A stretch of DNA of 60,254 nt, filler included, from Stramenopiles sp. TOSAG23-2 (taxonomy: Eukaryota), in NCBI GenBank assembly GCA_900128395.1. It is 4 parts of 4 records of this genome, joined end to end, with 100 filler letters (N's around TTAATTAATTAA, not from the genome) between each part and the next. Parts side by side here need not be neighbours in the genome. Positions count along the whole stretch, not along the records: positions 1 to 15,016 come from LT649733.1; 3 more parts are not named here. One strand, given 5' to 3'. The translations under genes were made by a program, and so were the position numbers. Positions within the stretch are counted from its first letter, which is position 1, and every line of letters begins with the position of its first letter. Shown piece after piece: positions 1 through 12,845 of this stretch. The notes under the pieces are model-generated. The model searched no databases, was not told where the DNA came from, and worked only from the letters and a program-made list of their open reading frames with translations.

Positions 1-40
<40 letters not shown>

Positions 41-231
41 TTCGTAATATTTTCGTAAAAATACTTTTTCGATACAAGGATATGGCTGGCTATTTTTATT
101 CTTCTTCGTCATCGACTTTCCTCTTATACCGTCTCGCTTCTTCTCTCCCCATATCTCTCTCCTAGCCGCCCCAAAATGTTTTTTTTTTTTCACAATGTTA
201 TCAAATGTGCAAATATTTAGTAAAAATGATA

Positions 232-1008
232 TTACAAATCATTCTTTACCTTTACACCTTTTTTTGGTAGTTTTGTCTTCTTATTCTTCTTCCCCTTTTT
301 CTTTCCTTTTTTTTTCTTCTTCTTCCTCCTCTTCTTTTTCTTCCTCTTCTTTCTCCCTGTTTCACTTAATATATCTGGTAATTTATCTTCCATATCATAC
401 CTACCTTCATGTTCATTACCTGTACATAAATTCATTTTGACACATAAATCTTTTGAAAATAATCGACGTGATTTTTCATTATTCTTTTTCAAATATTTAA
501 TATATGTATAATAAATTGTCATTTCCTTATCTTCCGTCGCATCTAAACAAATGCGCGCCAATCGCTCACCATTTTTACCACCACCTTGCATCACACCAGG
601 TGTTTTTGCAACAGCTAGTCCAGGACCTGATAGAAAATTTTCATTCCCGATACCTTTAATTCCATAATCTTTGAAACTAAATTGATCACATGCTGTTTCA
701 ATTAAATCATAAATAGCAATTTCATCGATACGGACTTTATTACCATTTGTTTTTTTATTAAGTGCATTAAACAAATGATAACCTACAGCACGACAACCAT
801 CACATACCATATTATCGGGCAAAAAATTCGAGAGTCGCTCCTCTTCATTCAATACTGGTGGTTTGAATGTAAATTTCTCTTGTTCTGCAGCTGATGCAAC
901 AGAAGACGTATTATCCTTGAAGAATAATAATAAAATAATAAAAAATACATTTAATAATAAATGGTGATGAAGAAATATTATTGTAAATAATATATTTTTC
1001 TTGTTCAT
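232..1008 (-). CDS. MZB1: MZB1/pERp1-like ER saposin-fold (Canopy-related) protein
   Basis: N-terminal hydrophobic signal; CDGCRAV, C..FKDYGI, LSGPGL and GG..RLARIC motifs recall MZB1; Lys-rich tail ending in KDEL-like KNDL. Confidence 0.75.
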   Translation of the reverse strand: MNKKNILFTIIFLHHHLLLNVFFIILLLFFKDNTSSVASAAEQEKFTFKPPVLNEEERLSNFLPDNMVCDGCRAVGYHLFNALNKKTNGNKVRIDEIAIYDLIETACDQFSFKDYGIKGIGNENFLSGPGLAVAKTPGVMQGGGKNGERLARICLDATEDKEMTIYYTYIKYLKKNNEKSRRLFSKDLCVKMNLCTGNEHEGRYDMEDKLPDILSETGRKKRKKKKRRKKKKKKGKKKGKKNKKTKLPKKGVKVKNDL

Positions 1009-1451
1009 TTTATTATCTGTAATTGGATATATTTATATAAATATCAAGTACAATTCAACAAATGCAATGTTGTATTAAATTGGTAATGTTTTTTATTCAA
1101 CATATAATACAATACATGTATATATATATATATATTATAATATACTTTATTTTTAACATGTAAAAATGGCTTTAATTTAGTTGCCTGTTGTTGTTATTGT
1201 TATTGTTATAATAAATAATATATATATTAATATTATAATGTACAGAAGAAGAAGATGTGTGAGATTAAGAGAAATAGATAGAGATAAACAGAGATATACC
1301 GCTAGAACAAAACATATTACCCCATCGTCATTTTTTGTATGATTAGTAGCTCCTACCAATTATTATTATTATTATTATTATTATTGCATCATTGCATAGA
1401 TACGTTTTTTATTTGTACAATTGTTAATATATAATATATACATCTTTAATT

Positions 1452-2348
1452 ATGAATTTTAATAAATTATTAATAATACAATTCAATTTAATTATATTCA
1501 TAATTAATATTCAGCATGATATAGTATTAGTATATGGTTTGACTATCACAAGAAATGGTGTATGTAAAAAAACAATTTCATGTGAAGGTACTAGTGCATC
1601 TGGAAATGATGCAGTTGCGATGGGTTATGCAACAACTGCGTCAGGTTTAAATGCAGTTGCCTTAGGATTTAATACACTTGCAGCTGGTTCTATCACAACA
1701 GCATTAGGATCAAATACAACAGCTACTGGTGATTTTGGTACTTCCATGGGTTATAGCACGATTGCTAACTGTGGTGCAACGGAACCATCCAATTGGCAAG
1801 CATGTGTTGCTATGGGTTTTAATATTAATAATACTGAATCAGAATCTTTAGCTGTTAGTGGGAATATGCATGCAAGAAATGTAAAGTTATTTGGTAACGA
1901 TGAACGTTTTAAAGAAAATATTACAAATGCAAATGTTGAAACATGTCTATTCAATATTAATAAAATACGTGTTGTAAATTATCAATTATCAAAAAATGTA
2001 TGTAAACATCAAGGTTTCATGGCAAAAGACATGTTGGATAAATGCCAACAAGAATTAATAGGTATTACATCACAACAAGTGGGTAGTATTTTACCAAATG
2101 CAATTGGTTCTGGTATTTCTTCATTAAAATTAGTGGATCGATCACCATCATTTAATAATAATAAATCACAGGAAGATCAACATGAAGAAATATTAGAAGA
2201 TATTCATGATGTTAAAGGTCTTGATATGAATCAAATCATTGCACAATTAATTGGTTCCATACAAACATTATCAAAACAAAATGAGAAATTAATCAACCGT
2301 GTAAATAAGTTAGAAACGATGATGATGATGAAAGACTATAAGTTATAA
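1452..2348 (+). CDS. Secreted YadA-head (Hep_Hag)-repeat protein with C-terminal peptidase S74-type intramolecular chaperone domain and coiled coil
   Basis: Signal peptide; 14-aa repeats ASGNDAVAMGYATT/ASGLNAVALGFNTL/AAGSITTALGSNTT/ATGDFGTSMGYSTI; DERFKENI, IGITSQQV..ILP.A and LIGSIQTLSKQNEKL motifs. Confidence 0.8.
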   Translation: MNFNKLLIIQFNLIIFIINIQHDIVLVYGLTITRNGVCKKTISCEGTSASGNDAVAMGYATTASGLNAVALGFNTLAAGSITTALGSNTTATGDFGTSMGYSTIANCGATEPSNWQACVAMGFNINNTESESLAVSGNMHARNVKLFGNDERFKENITNANVETCLFNINKIRVVNYQLSKNVCKHQGFMAKDMLDKCQQELIGITSQQVGSILPNAIGSGISSLKLVDRSPSFNNNKSQEDQHEEILEDIHDVKGLDMNQIIAQLIGSIQTLSKQNEKLINRVNKLETMMMMKDYKL

Positions 2349-3034
2349 AAAATGTGCCTTTAGATAGCTTAAGCTCTCTATACTGGTATTGCACACAATT
2401 GTATAAAAAAAAATTGGCCATCTTTAATGTCGATAAGCACATATAACTCTTATAATTCTATATTTAATTATATATCTTTTTGGATGATTTTTTTATTATT
2501 TTATATGTGGTGGTTTTTATATATGGCAACTTTATATAAAGGTGTTGTGCGTTCTCTTAAGGTTTTTACGTTTTCGACGGATATGGGGAAATCGTGGGGG
2601 CGATTTAGATTGTATTTACCTGCTAGCACGTTTCGTTAAGTATAATGGTATAATGGTATATTCTTTCTTTTACTTTACATATCTTCATACTATAATATCC
2701 ATACCATTTACTATTATAATACTATAATGTTTTAATATTTACGATCAATATTAGTTAAAATTACAACATACAACAAACAACATGCTATCATATTATTTCC
2801 TTAAATTGTTTTTCTCTTTTTTATCCTGTGTGTCCAATGTCCAACTTTAAATCTATATACATATATATATCTTAATCTAGATTATAAGAATACATACTGT
2901 AAATACAAAAAAATAAAAAGTGATCAGCAACAACATATGTGCATATATATATAAATATACACATATATACAATATAATATATATATATATATAACCAATA
3001 AATATTAAAAGAAGAATTCAAAACATAAAAAAGT

Positions 3035-4742
3035 ATGAATGGACCATTAGCAGGAATAAAAGTCATAGATTTATGTCAATTTCAAAATGGCCCTTCTGCT
3101 ACTTATCGATTAGTTGAAAATGGTGCAGAATGTATCAAAGTCGAGCCACTTGCTGGAGATGGTTACAGGCATTTAGTACCACCCGGATACTGTAAGTAGA
3201 TTTGTTCCCTGCATAATATATATATATATATATATATACGTACATTACTCTCTAACATAGCGCATAAATCTATAATATACATCACACAGGGAATGGTGGT
3301 TTTGAAGGATTTAACCGTGGTAAAAGATCACTAGTATTGGATTTAAAAAATCCAGAAGCAAAAGATATTATGATTAAATTATTAAATTGGGCTGATGTGA
3401 TATGTAATAATTTTCGACCTGGTATTATGGATAAATTAGGTTATTCGTATGAATTTTGTTCATCAATTAATCCAAAAATTATATATGCATCTAATTCAGG
3501 TTTTGGTGATAAAGGTGATTGGGCAGAACGACCATCATTTGATGGTGTGTCACAAGCATTTTCAGGTGTATTGACACAACAAGCTGGTGGACCAAGTCAA
3601 ACACCAGTACCGGTTGATTTTGCATTTAGTGATGAAAGTGGTGCCGCAAATTTTGCATTTTCAATTGTCACTGCATTATTAGCACGTGCACGTACAGGAA
3701 AAGGACAAGAAATTGTTACAAATCAAACTGCTGCTACATTGCACTTTTCAAGATTTATGATACATAATGCATTTGTAAGTAAATTTTCTTTCTTCAACTA
3801 TATGTGATAAATCTATACATATATAAAATATATAAATTTAACACACACACATTAACATTAACATTACATCATTCTCTCATTTTCATGCTATATATATATA
3901 TATATACACAGGTCTACGGTCAAGATGATGAAGGAAAAGGACCATTGGATCGTGATATGGGGCAACGAATGTATCAATGTAGTGATAATAAATGGATTGT
4001 GGTTGCATGTTTGCAAGTTAGGCAAGGTATGCGTTTTGTACGTGAAGTATTGGAAATACCGCATCAAGATGGTGATTTTAGTTCTGATACAGTAAGTAAA
4101 ATTTTTTTTTGTAAATTCAATGATATATATATATATCTTTTTTCTAACACATGCATCTCATCATATTATATATATATATATTAGGCATTGTCCCGTTGGC
4201 CACAAATAACACCAGAAACAAAAGAACTTAATTTAAAACGATTTAATCATATTATAAAAACAAAACCTCAATCATATTGGTTAGAGAAATGTTTAACTGG
4301 TAATGTCCCATGTGCACCTGTTTCAACATATGAAGATTTGCAAAAAGGTATGCAAACAGAAGTTGGCAAACAGGCAAGAGTCAATGATTGGATCGTAACA
4401 AGTAATCATCGAGATTATGGAGATGTGGATTTAGTAAGCAATCCAACCAGATACAATGGCACGCCAAATCAACCAATTGGGGATGGTGATGAAGTGACAC
4501 GCCATGCACCGAAATTAGGTGAACATTCGATTGATATATTGAAAAATGTCTTAAAATATGATGAAAATGATATTCAGCGTATACAAAACAGTGGTGCAAT
4601 TGAACCAACTGGTGCATGGTCAACGGAAAAAATACCATTAAAACGTATTGAACGTGTGAAAAAAATGGTACAAGATAGAAGAAATTCAGCACTTCATGAT
4701 GGTGATGGACATCAAGGAGGAAATGGTCGATCCAAATTGTAA
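3035..4742 (+). CDS. CoA-transferase family III (CaiB/BaiF), 4 exons: 3035-3191, 3290-3774, 3912-4091, 4185-4742
   Basis: Spliced product reads MNGPLAGIKVIDL...GAECIKVEP...NRGKRSLVLDLK...ADVICNNFRPG...APKLGEHS; GTAAGT donors, YAG acceptors and CTAAC branch points restore the frame. Confidence 0.92.
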
Positions 4743-5501
4743 ATATTTAGTCAATATATATATATAAATGCAATAACAGCACACACAGGCACAACATATA
4801 TACGATAGAAATATATATCATATGTGCGTATGAAAATATGATTTTTTTTTTGTTATTAAATATTTATAATGCATATAGATAACAATTATATAGCCATATT
4901 TTCAATTTTATATATATAGGTGCGAATATTGTACTTGTATCGATAAGAGTGTATTAGAATATATTAATAATACTATAACATGCCACACACATACACACAT
5001 GCCACATTTTATCTTATTATCTTATGCTATATTATATATTTGTGTATAGTGTGTACATAGTATAGTGTATAATGTATAGTGTATTAGTATAGCTGGGGCA
5101 AAATCCTTTGATGGGCCATTGTAATAATTAGCTGCTATGACGTGCTATATATTTAACATAGCAGTACTATTGAACCGCATCCTCCCACATCCTCCCAATA
5201 ATAAATACTCACACACATATATATCGGGATATACATATATATATACTAATAATACACACAGGAGTATATATATATATACTTTACATGAGTACAGTTGTTC
5301 TCTTCACTATATTATAGATACTAGTGTGTATATAATTAGTATATATATATGTACATTACAACCTTCTATTTTACATATATTCATTTATCTCATCTAGACA
5401 GAAATTATTAGCTATTATACATCAGCAGATAATATACCGTTAATATATATATATATAGATATATATACACATTATAGATACATATAATAATAATTGACAA
5501 A

Positions 5502-6509
5502 ATGCCAAAACAATCAAAAGATAATAAAAAAAAACCATCTTCTAATACCTCTTCTACCTCCTCCACATCCAATAATACCAACAACAACAACAACAACAAC
5601 AAAAATACAAATGAACGATATTCTGCATATGGTACAAATGTAGAGGAGGAAGAAGCTAGCTTAATTAAACGCTCATCGAAATACATACGTAGCAATATTA
5701 ATAATTACGAAAAAGAAATATCATATAGATGGAAAATATTTACTAGTATTTTTGAGAATTTATCGTTAATGTGTTGGTTATTAATCGGTTTTTTAATATT
5801 TGCATGTTTAATAGTAATGGTATTAGCAGAAGGTCGGAATCGAAACAACCCATTAGTCACGGGTGTAGAAACGGCTATTGCCGTTCGGAAAGGGGATACA
5901 GATCCAAGGGCATACCAATTTAGTGTATTGGAAAATGGCTTACAAATTTTGTTAATATCCGATCCAAATACAGACAAAGCAGCTGCAGCAATGGATGTAC
6001 GAGTTGGACATTTTAGTGACCCCGATAATATACCAGGTTTATCGCATTTATTAGAACACATGTTGTTTTTAGGCACAGAGAAATTTCCAGAGGAAGATGC
6101 ATTTGATAAATTTTTATCACGTCATGGTGGAATGTCAAATGCATATACATCGAAAGAAGATACAAATTATCATTTCGAAGTCTTACCAAATGCATTGGAA
6201 AAAAGTTTAGAAATGTTTGCATCGTTTTTCATTGCACCATTATTAACACCAGAACGTATCGATAGGGAACGAAAAGCAGTTGATTCAGAAAATGAAAAAA
6301 ATTTACAAAATGATGATTGGCGATTTACACAATTATTACGTAGTACATCAAATAAAAACCACCCATATCATAAATATGGTACTGGTAATAAATATACACT
6401 GAAAGATTTTGGTGGTGGTGGTGGTGATGGTAGTAATAATCCAAGTAATACAAAAAATAACACGAATCATAATAATGATAAATATGAATTAAAACAACAG
6501 CAACAACAC

Positions 6510-6543
<34 letters not shown>

Positions 6544-9500
6544 GCATGGTAGATGAGACAACAACCACTAATAATAATAATAACAACAACAACAACAATG
6601 TTCATACTGGTACATCAAATACCCCAAAAACAAATGGCGCTACTACAAATAATAAACCAAAAGGAAATCATGTTGGTGGAGGTAATTTTTTATTTTTAAT
6701 TGAACAATTAAATATGATGATGAAAAATAATACAAATACATCGATGGGAAATCAAAATGATAATAATAATAATAATAACACCACCACGACGACCACCACC
6801 ACAACACGTAGTCATAACAACCACAACAACAACAACAAGAAGAAAGAGAACAATAAAACAACAACAACGACAACAACAAAACCCAACAACGGAAATTCCA
6901 AACCAGCCAAAAAACATACACAATCTACATCATTGCCACCACCAGTAACATTACATCAAGCATTAGTCAATCATCATCATTCACATTATACTGCACCACG
7001 TATGCGTTTAGTCATATTAGGACGTGATGATGTTACACAATTAGAAAGTTTAGCTAGGCAATATTTCAGTGAAATACCAAATCGCAAAGATGCAATGCAA
7101 ACACCAACATGGGATTATCCAAAATTAAAAGTACGAACAGTGGAGCAATTAGGTGTTCGGTACGATATTACTCCTATTGAAGATGTTCGTATATTGCAAT
7201 TGTATTGGTTATTGCCACCAAGTGAGAAAAAATATAGGAAAAAAACAATGGATTATTTAAGTACAATTTTAGCAGGCGAAGGGGAAGGGAGTATACATGC
7301 AGCATTGCATCAAGAAGGATTAGTAACTGAAATTACGGGTGGTTCGGAAGATGGCAGCAGTGTCCATAATTGGATGGCATTGAAATTGTACTTAACAGCA
7401 AAAGGATTAGAAAAAGTAGAACATATAGTAACGGTTGTATATGCATATATCAACATGTTACGAAGCAAAGGTCCACAAATGGGATATTGGTTAGAATGCA
7501 AAGGTATGGCAGAAGTTGATTTGAGATTCGTTGAAAAGAAAAATCCAGCTGAATCCGTAAGTGATTTAGCGCAAAATATGCAAGTTTGCAATCCGGGCGA
7601 TGTTGTTGTATCGGAAAATTTATGGGAAGATTTCGATGCAAAAGATATACGTTCCACGATGGATAAATTGCAACCTGATAATATGGTCTTATTTGTAGCT
7701 GCGAAATCGTTGGATTTAGGTGCATCCCCTAAAATGGAAAAATGGTATGGAACAAGATATATTTCTCGCCCATTGTCATATGATAGCATTGCAATGTGGA
7801 CAAAAGCTAGTGTTTCAAGTGTAAAGGAAAAGTTACATTTTCCATTGCCAAATTTATTTATCCCAACTGATTTTAATATTAAAAGTGGATTAAGCGCAGC
7901 AGAGGCAGCAAAAGCAGTTGCAGCAAAGCCTCAGACATATCCACACGTGTTGGAAAATCGAAATCATAGTTTTAGAGCATGGTTTAAACAGGATGATACA
8001 TATGGTGTCCCGAAAGTAAATGTTCTCGCTTCCTTGCATTTAGAACATTTCGGTATAAATGAGGAAAATATGGTTCATGCAACGTTATTTTCCTTATTGA
8101 TTAAAGATTATTTACGTGTGAAATTATACCCAGCAACCGTTGCCGGGATAAGTTACAATGTAGAGGCAACATCTGCTGGATTGCAAATACAAATTATAGG
8201 TTATAATCATCACATACGATTATGCATGCAAATTATTGTAAAAACAATAGTCGATATTGTCAATGGCAATATCATGAAAAGCTCACAACAAAAATTAGAT
8301 TTTCAAGCGCGGTTGGAATTGCTAATGGATCGTTACGATAAGGAATTGAAAAATTGGGCGGAGGAAAGTCCATATAAGCATGCAAAAGGTTATAGTGCAT
8401 ATGTCTTACGAAAGCCATATTTTTTACCAACTGGATTATTAAAAGTTGTTGAAAAAGTAACAATGGATTCTATGATAGATTTCATACGGAATAGTTTATC
8501 ACGCAAATGTTTTTTGCAAACATTGTATCATGGAAATATGGATGAAAGTGCAGCAAAACAAATGCAAGAAGATATGGGTAAATTGATGAAGAAATGCCAA
8601 CCGATGTTACCAAAATCAAAACGTGTACGTTCCATTACACCTGGTGGATCCAATGCTGGAACTGCCATCAAAATTATCGAGCCAAATCAAGGTGAAAGCA
8701 ATAGTGCCATTGTAAATACATATCAATTAGGTACGGAAGATGGTTGGGATAATTTAGAGAAAACGTGTCAAACAAAAGTATTAGCCGCGTTGACTGGTAC
8801 GGATGTATATGAACAGTTGAGAACGATTGAACAATTAGGATATATTGTATTTAGTGGTCCATCGAAAACAAATACGATGTTAAATTTTATCATTATTGTA
8901 CAAGGTACGAAAAACAGTCCAGCCGTATTGGATGAACGTATTGAATTATTTATTAAAAAAGAATATAAAAAATTACAAGCTATTCCAGAGGAGAAATTTA
9001 ATTCCTTCATAGCATCGGAAATATCACGATTGAAATCACCATATAAAACCTTGACAGATGAAAGCAGTGCGTATTGGTCTGAAATTGAAGGTTTAACTTA
9101 TTTATTTGCAAGACCATTTAAAGAAATTGAACAATTTGAAAAGATAACGGTGCAAGAAGTTACAGCATTGTGGGGTGATAATATTTTAAACCCAAATCAA
9201 AGAAAAAAATTAAGTGTTCAAATATATGGTAATAAAGTTCCACCACCAGTGACACCGGATACGGATGAAACGGTTGATAAATTACGTAGCAGGTTAGAAC
9301 TTGCAAATGATATTTTTCCAGTTCCACAATCAATTGCAGAGAAATTAGGCATGTTAAAAGAATCACCATCAACGTCATCGTCTGGTGGTGGTGGTGGTGG
9401 TGATGGTAGTGGTAGTGGTAGCAGTAACAACAATAATAATAATAATATGATGATGGGAAATGAAACAAAAAATCCTCCTACTGCTAGTACTGGTGCTGAT

Positions 9501-9731
9501 GGTAATGTTAATAATAATTCGAACGGTACAACGGCTGATGTTGCTACATCAATGCTTCGCCATAAAAAGAACAAGAAAGCAAAGAAACAGAATAATAACA
9601 ATGCAAAACATAATATGCAAGTTAATACGGCAGTGAAACATGAGTCAAATAATATTAATAAGAATGATGTACCTATTTTAGATAATACACCAGTTGGTGG
9701 TGGTGGAGGAAGGTTATTAAGAACGAAATGA
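5502..9731 (+). CDS. Insulysin-like M16A metallopeptidase with N-terminal transmembrane anchor and Asn/Thr-rich insertion
   Basis: LENGLQILLISDP, GLSHLLEHMLFLGTEKFP (HxxEH), NAYT and QLRTIEQLGYIV motifs; hydrophobic segment around residues 88-108. Confidence 0.92.
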
Positions 9732-10278
9732 GGATATGATATTTGGGGCTTTCGTTTGTGATTGAAATGTGCTGTAAGAATTTTTCTGGTGGTGTGTGTG
9801 AGTGTGTTTATATATATATATCAAGGTGGACATTTTAAAAAATAGTGGTGCCGTGCGACTGTTAGATCCGAGATAAACATTCCCCACCATGGTTGGGGGA
9901 TGTTTAGAAAATTTTTTTAAATTTAAGCGTAGTTTTGTTAACAAGTCTTCAAAATTTTTAGAGACTTTTAATTTTGGAAATAAGTAAATTGTGGCTTTTT
10001 GTGTTATATTTTAAAGTTAATATTAACATATATTGTAATACTATTCTTATGCTAAAAATAGTATATTGTAATCGGAAATTATTAATCCATTGCCGAAGGC
10101 GAGAAAAAAATGAGAAAATTAAATTTTGATAATCAAACTTGTCAGTGATAAAAATTATGTTTGATTAAATTAATCAAATTGTTTGATTTTGTTTGATTAG
10201 GATTAACCCTACACACTATTTTTACCATATTGACCCAACAAATATGGGTGGGCCACCCAAAATTATGTTTGATTAGTG

Positions 10279-10321
<43 letters not shown>

Positions 10322-10512
10322 TTCGTAATATTTTCGTAAAAATACTTTTTCGATACAAGGATATGGCTGGCTATTTTTATTCTTCTTCGTCATCGACTTT
10401 CCTCTTATACCGTCTCGCTTCTTCTCTCCCCATATCTCTCTCCTAGCCGCCCCAAAATGTTTTTTTTTTTTCACAATGTTATCAAATGTGCAAATATTTA
10501 GTAAAAATGATA

Positions 10513-11289
10513 TTACAAATCATTCTTTACCTTTACACCTTTTTTTGGTAGTTTTGTCTTCTTATTCTTCTTCCCCTTTTTCTTTCCTTTTTTTTTCTTC
10601 TTCTTCCTCCTCTTCTTTTTCTTCCTCTTCTTTCTCCCTGTTTCACTTAATATATCTGGTAATTTATCTTCCATATCATACCTACCTTCATGTTCATTAC
10701 CTGTACATAAATTCATTTTGACACATAAATCTTTTGAAAATAATCGACGTGATTTTTCATTATTCTTTTTCAAATATTTAATATATGTATAATAAATTGT
10801 CATTTCCTTATCTTCCGTCGCATCTAAACAAATGCGCGCCAATCGCTCACCATTTTTACCACCACCTTGCATCACACCAGGTGTTTTTGCAACAGCTAGT
10901 CCAGGACCTGATAGAAAATTTTCATTCCCGATACCTTTAATTCCATAATCTTTGAAACTAAATTGATCACATGCTGTTTCAATTAAATCATAAATAGCAA
11001 TTTCATCGATACGGACTTTATTACCATTTGTTTTTTTATTAAGTGCATTAAACAAATGATAACCTACAGCACGACAACCATCACATACCATATTATCGGG
11101 CAAAAAATTCGAGAGTCGCTCCTCTTCATTCAATACTGGTGGTTTGAATGTAAATTTCTCTTGTTCTGCAGCTGATGCAACAGAAGACGTATTATCCTTG
11201 AAGAATAATAATAAAATAATAAAAAATACATTTAATAATAAATGGTGATGAAGAAATATTATTGTAAATAATATATTTTTCTTGTTCAT
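10513..11289 (-). CDS. MZB1: MZB1-like protein, duplicate copy
   Basis: Protein identical to 232-1008. Confidence 0.75.
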   Translation of the reverse strand: MNKKNILFTIIFLHHHLLLNVFFIILLLFFKDNTSSVASAAEQEKFTFKPPVLNEEERLSNFLPDNMVCDGCRAVGYHLFNALNKKTNGNKVRIDEIAIYDLIETACDQFSFKDYGIKGIGNENFLSGPGLAVAKTPGVMQGGGKNGERLARICLDATEDKEMTIYYTYIKYLKKNNEKSRRLFSKDLCVKMNLCTGNEHEGRYDMEDKLPDILSETGRKKRKKKKRRKKKKKKGKKKGKKNKKTKLPKKGVKVKNDL

Positions 11290-11732
11290 TTTATTATCTG
11301 TAATTGGATATATTTATATAAATATCAAGTACAATTCAACAAATGCAATGTTGTATTAAATTGGTAATGTTTTTTATTCAACATATAATACAATACATGT
11401 ATATATATATATATATTATAATATACTTTATTTTTAACATGTAAAAATGGCTTTAATTTAGTTGCCTGTTGTTGTTATTGTTATTGTTATAATAAATAAT
11501 ATATATATTAATATTATAATGTACAGAAGAAGAAGATGTGTGAGATTAAGAGAAATAGATAGAGATAAACAGAGATATACCGCTAGAACAAAACATATTA
11601 CCCCATCGTCATTTTTTGTATGATTAGTAGCTCCTACCAATTATTATTATTATTATTATTATTATTGCATCATTGCATAGATACGTTTTTTATTTGTACA
11701 ATTGTTAATATATAATATATACATCTTTAATT

Positions 11733-12626
11733 ATGAATTTTAATAAATTATTAATAATACAATTCAATTTAATTATATTCATAATTAATATTCAGCATGA
11801 TATAGTATTAGTATATGGTTTGACTATCACAAGAAATGGTGTATGTAAAAAAACAATTTCATGTGAAGGTACTAGTGCATCTGGAAATGATGCAGTTGCG
11901 ATGGGTTATGCAACAACTGCGTCAGGTTTAAATGCAGTTGCCTTAGGATTTAATACACTTGCAGCTGGTTCTATCACAACAGCATTAGGATCAAATACAA
12001 CAGCTACTGGTGATTTTGGTACTTCCATGGGTTATAGCACGATTGCTAACTGTGGTGCAACGGAACCATCCAATTGGCAAGCATGTGTTGCTATGGGTTT
12101 TAATATTAATAATACTGAATCAGAATCTTTAGCTGTTAGTGGGAATATGCATGCAAGAAATGTAAAGTTATTTGGTAACGATGAACGTTTTAAAGAAAAT
12201 ATTACAAATGCAAATGTTGAAACATGTCTATTCAATATTAATAAAATACGTGTTGTAAATTATCAATTATCAAAAAATGTATGTAAACATCAAGGTTTCA
12301 TGGCAAAAGACATGTTGGATAAATGCCAACAAGAATTAATAGGTATTACATCACAACAAGTGGGTAGTATTTTACCAAATGCAATTGGTTCTGGTATTTC
12401 TTCATTAAAATTAGTGGATCGATCACCATCATTTAATAATAATAAATCACAGGAAGATCAACATGAAGAAATATTAGAAGATATTCATGATGTTAAAGGT
12501 CTTGATATGAATCAAATCATTGCACAATTAATTGGTTCCATACAAACATTATCAAAACAAAATGAGAAATTAATCAATCGTGTAAATAAGTTAGAAACGA
12601 TGATGATGAAAAACTATAAGTTATAA
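11733..12626 (+). CDS. YadA-head/S74 chaperone protein, duplicate copy
   Basis: Identical to 1452-2348 except the C-terminus (MMMKNYKL versus MMMMKDYKL). Confidence 0.8.
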   Translation: MNFNKLLIIQFNLIIFIINIQHDIVLVYGLTITRNGVCKKTISCEGTSASGNDAVAMGYATTASGLNAVALGFNTLAAGSITTALGSNTTATGDFGTSMGYSTIANCGATEPSNWQACVAMGFNINNTESESLAVSGNMHARNVKLFGNDERFKENITNANVETCLFNINKIRVVNYQLSKNVCKHQGFMAKDMLDKCQQELIGITSQQVGSILPNAIGSGISSLKLVDRSPSFNNNKSQEDQHEEILEDIHDVKGLDMNQIIAQLIGSIQTLSKQNEKLINRVNKLETMMMKNYKL

Positions 12627-12845
12627 AAATGTGCCTTTAGATAGCTAGCTCTCTACTCGTAATGCACACAATTGTGTAAAAAAAAATTGGCCATCTTTAA
12701 TGTCGATAAGCACATAACTCTTATAATTCTATATTTTTATTATTACGATTCGTATATCTTTTTGGATGATTTTTTTATTATTTTATTATTATTATCACAA
12801 TTGTCTTGGCAAAAAAATATAACGGTGCACCATTTGTTTTAACAA

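Larger units (their letters stand above)
1..2504. repeat. Copy 1 of a ~2.5 kb direct duplication (copy 2 at 10282-12786)
   Basis: No differences seen at offset 10281 up to ~2296, including the 38-nt AT tract; then diverged by substitutions and indels until homology ends near 2504/12786. Confidence 0.95.
10282..12786. repeat. Copy 2 of the ~2.5 kb direct duplication
   Basis: Matches 1-2504. Confidence 0.95.

Noticed and set aside
3337-4742. Three separate ORFs (3337, 3804, 4188)
   Set aside because: They are exons of one spliced CoA-transferase gene
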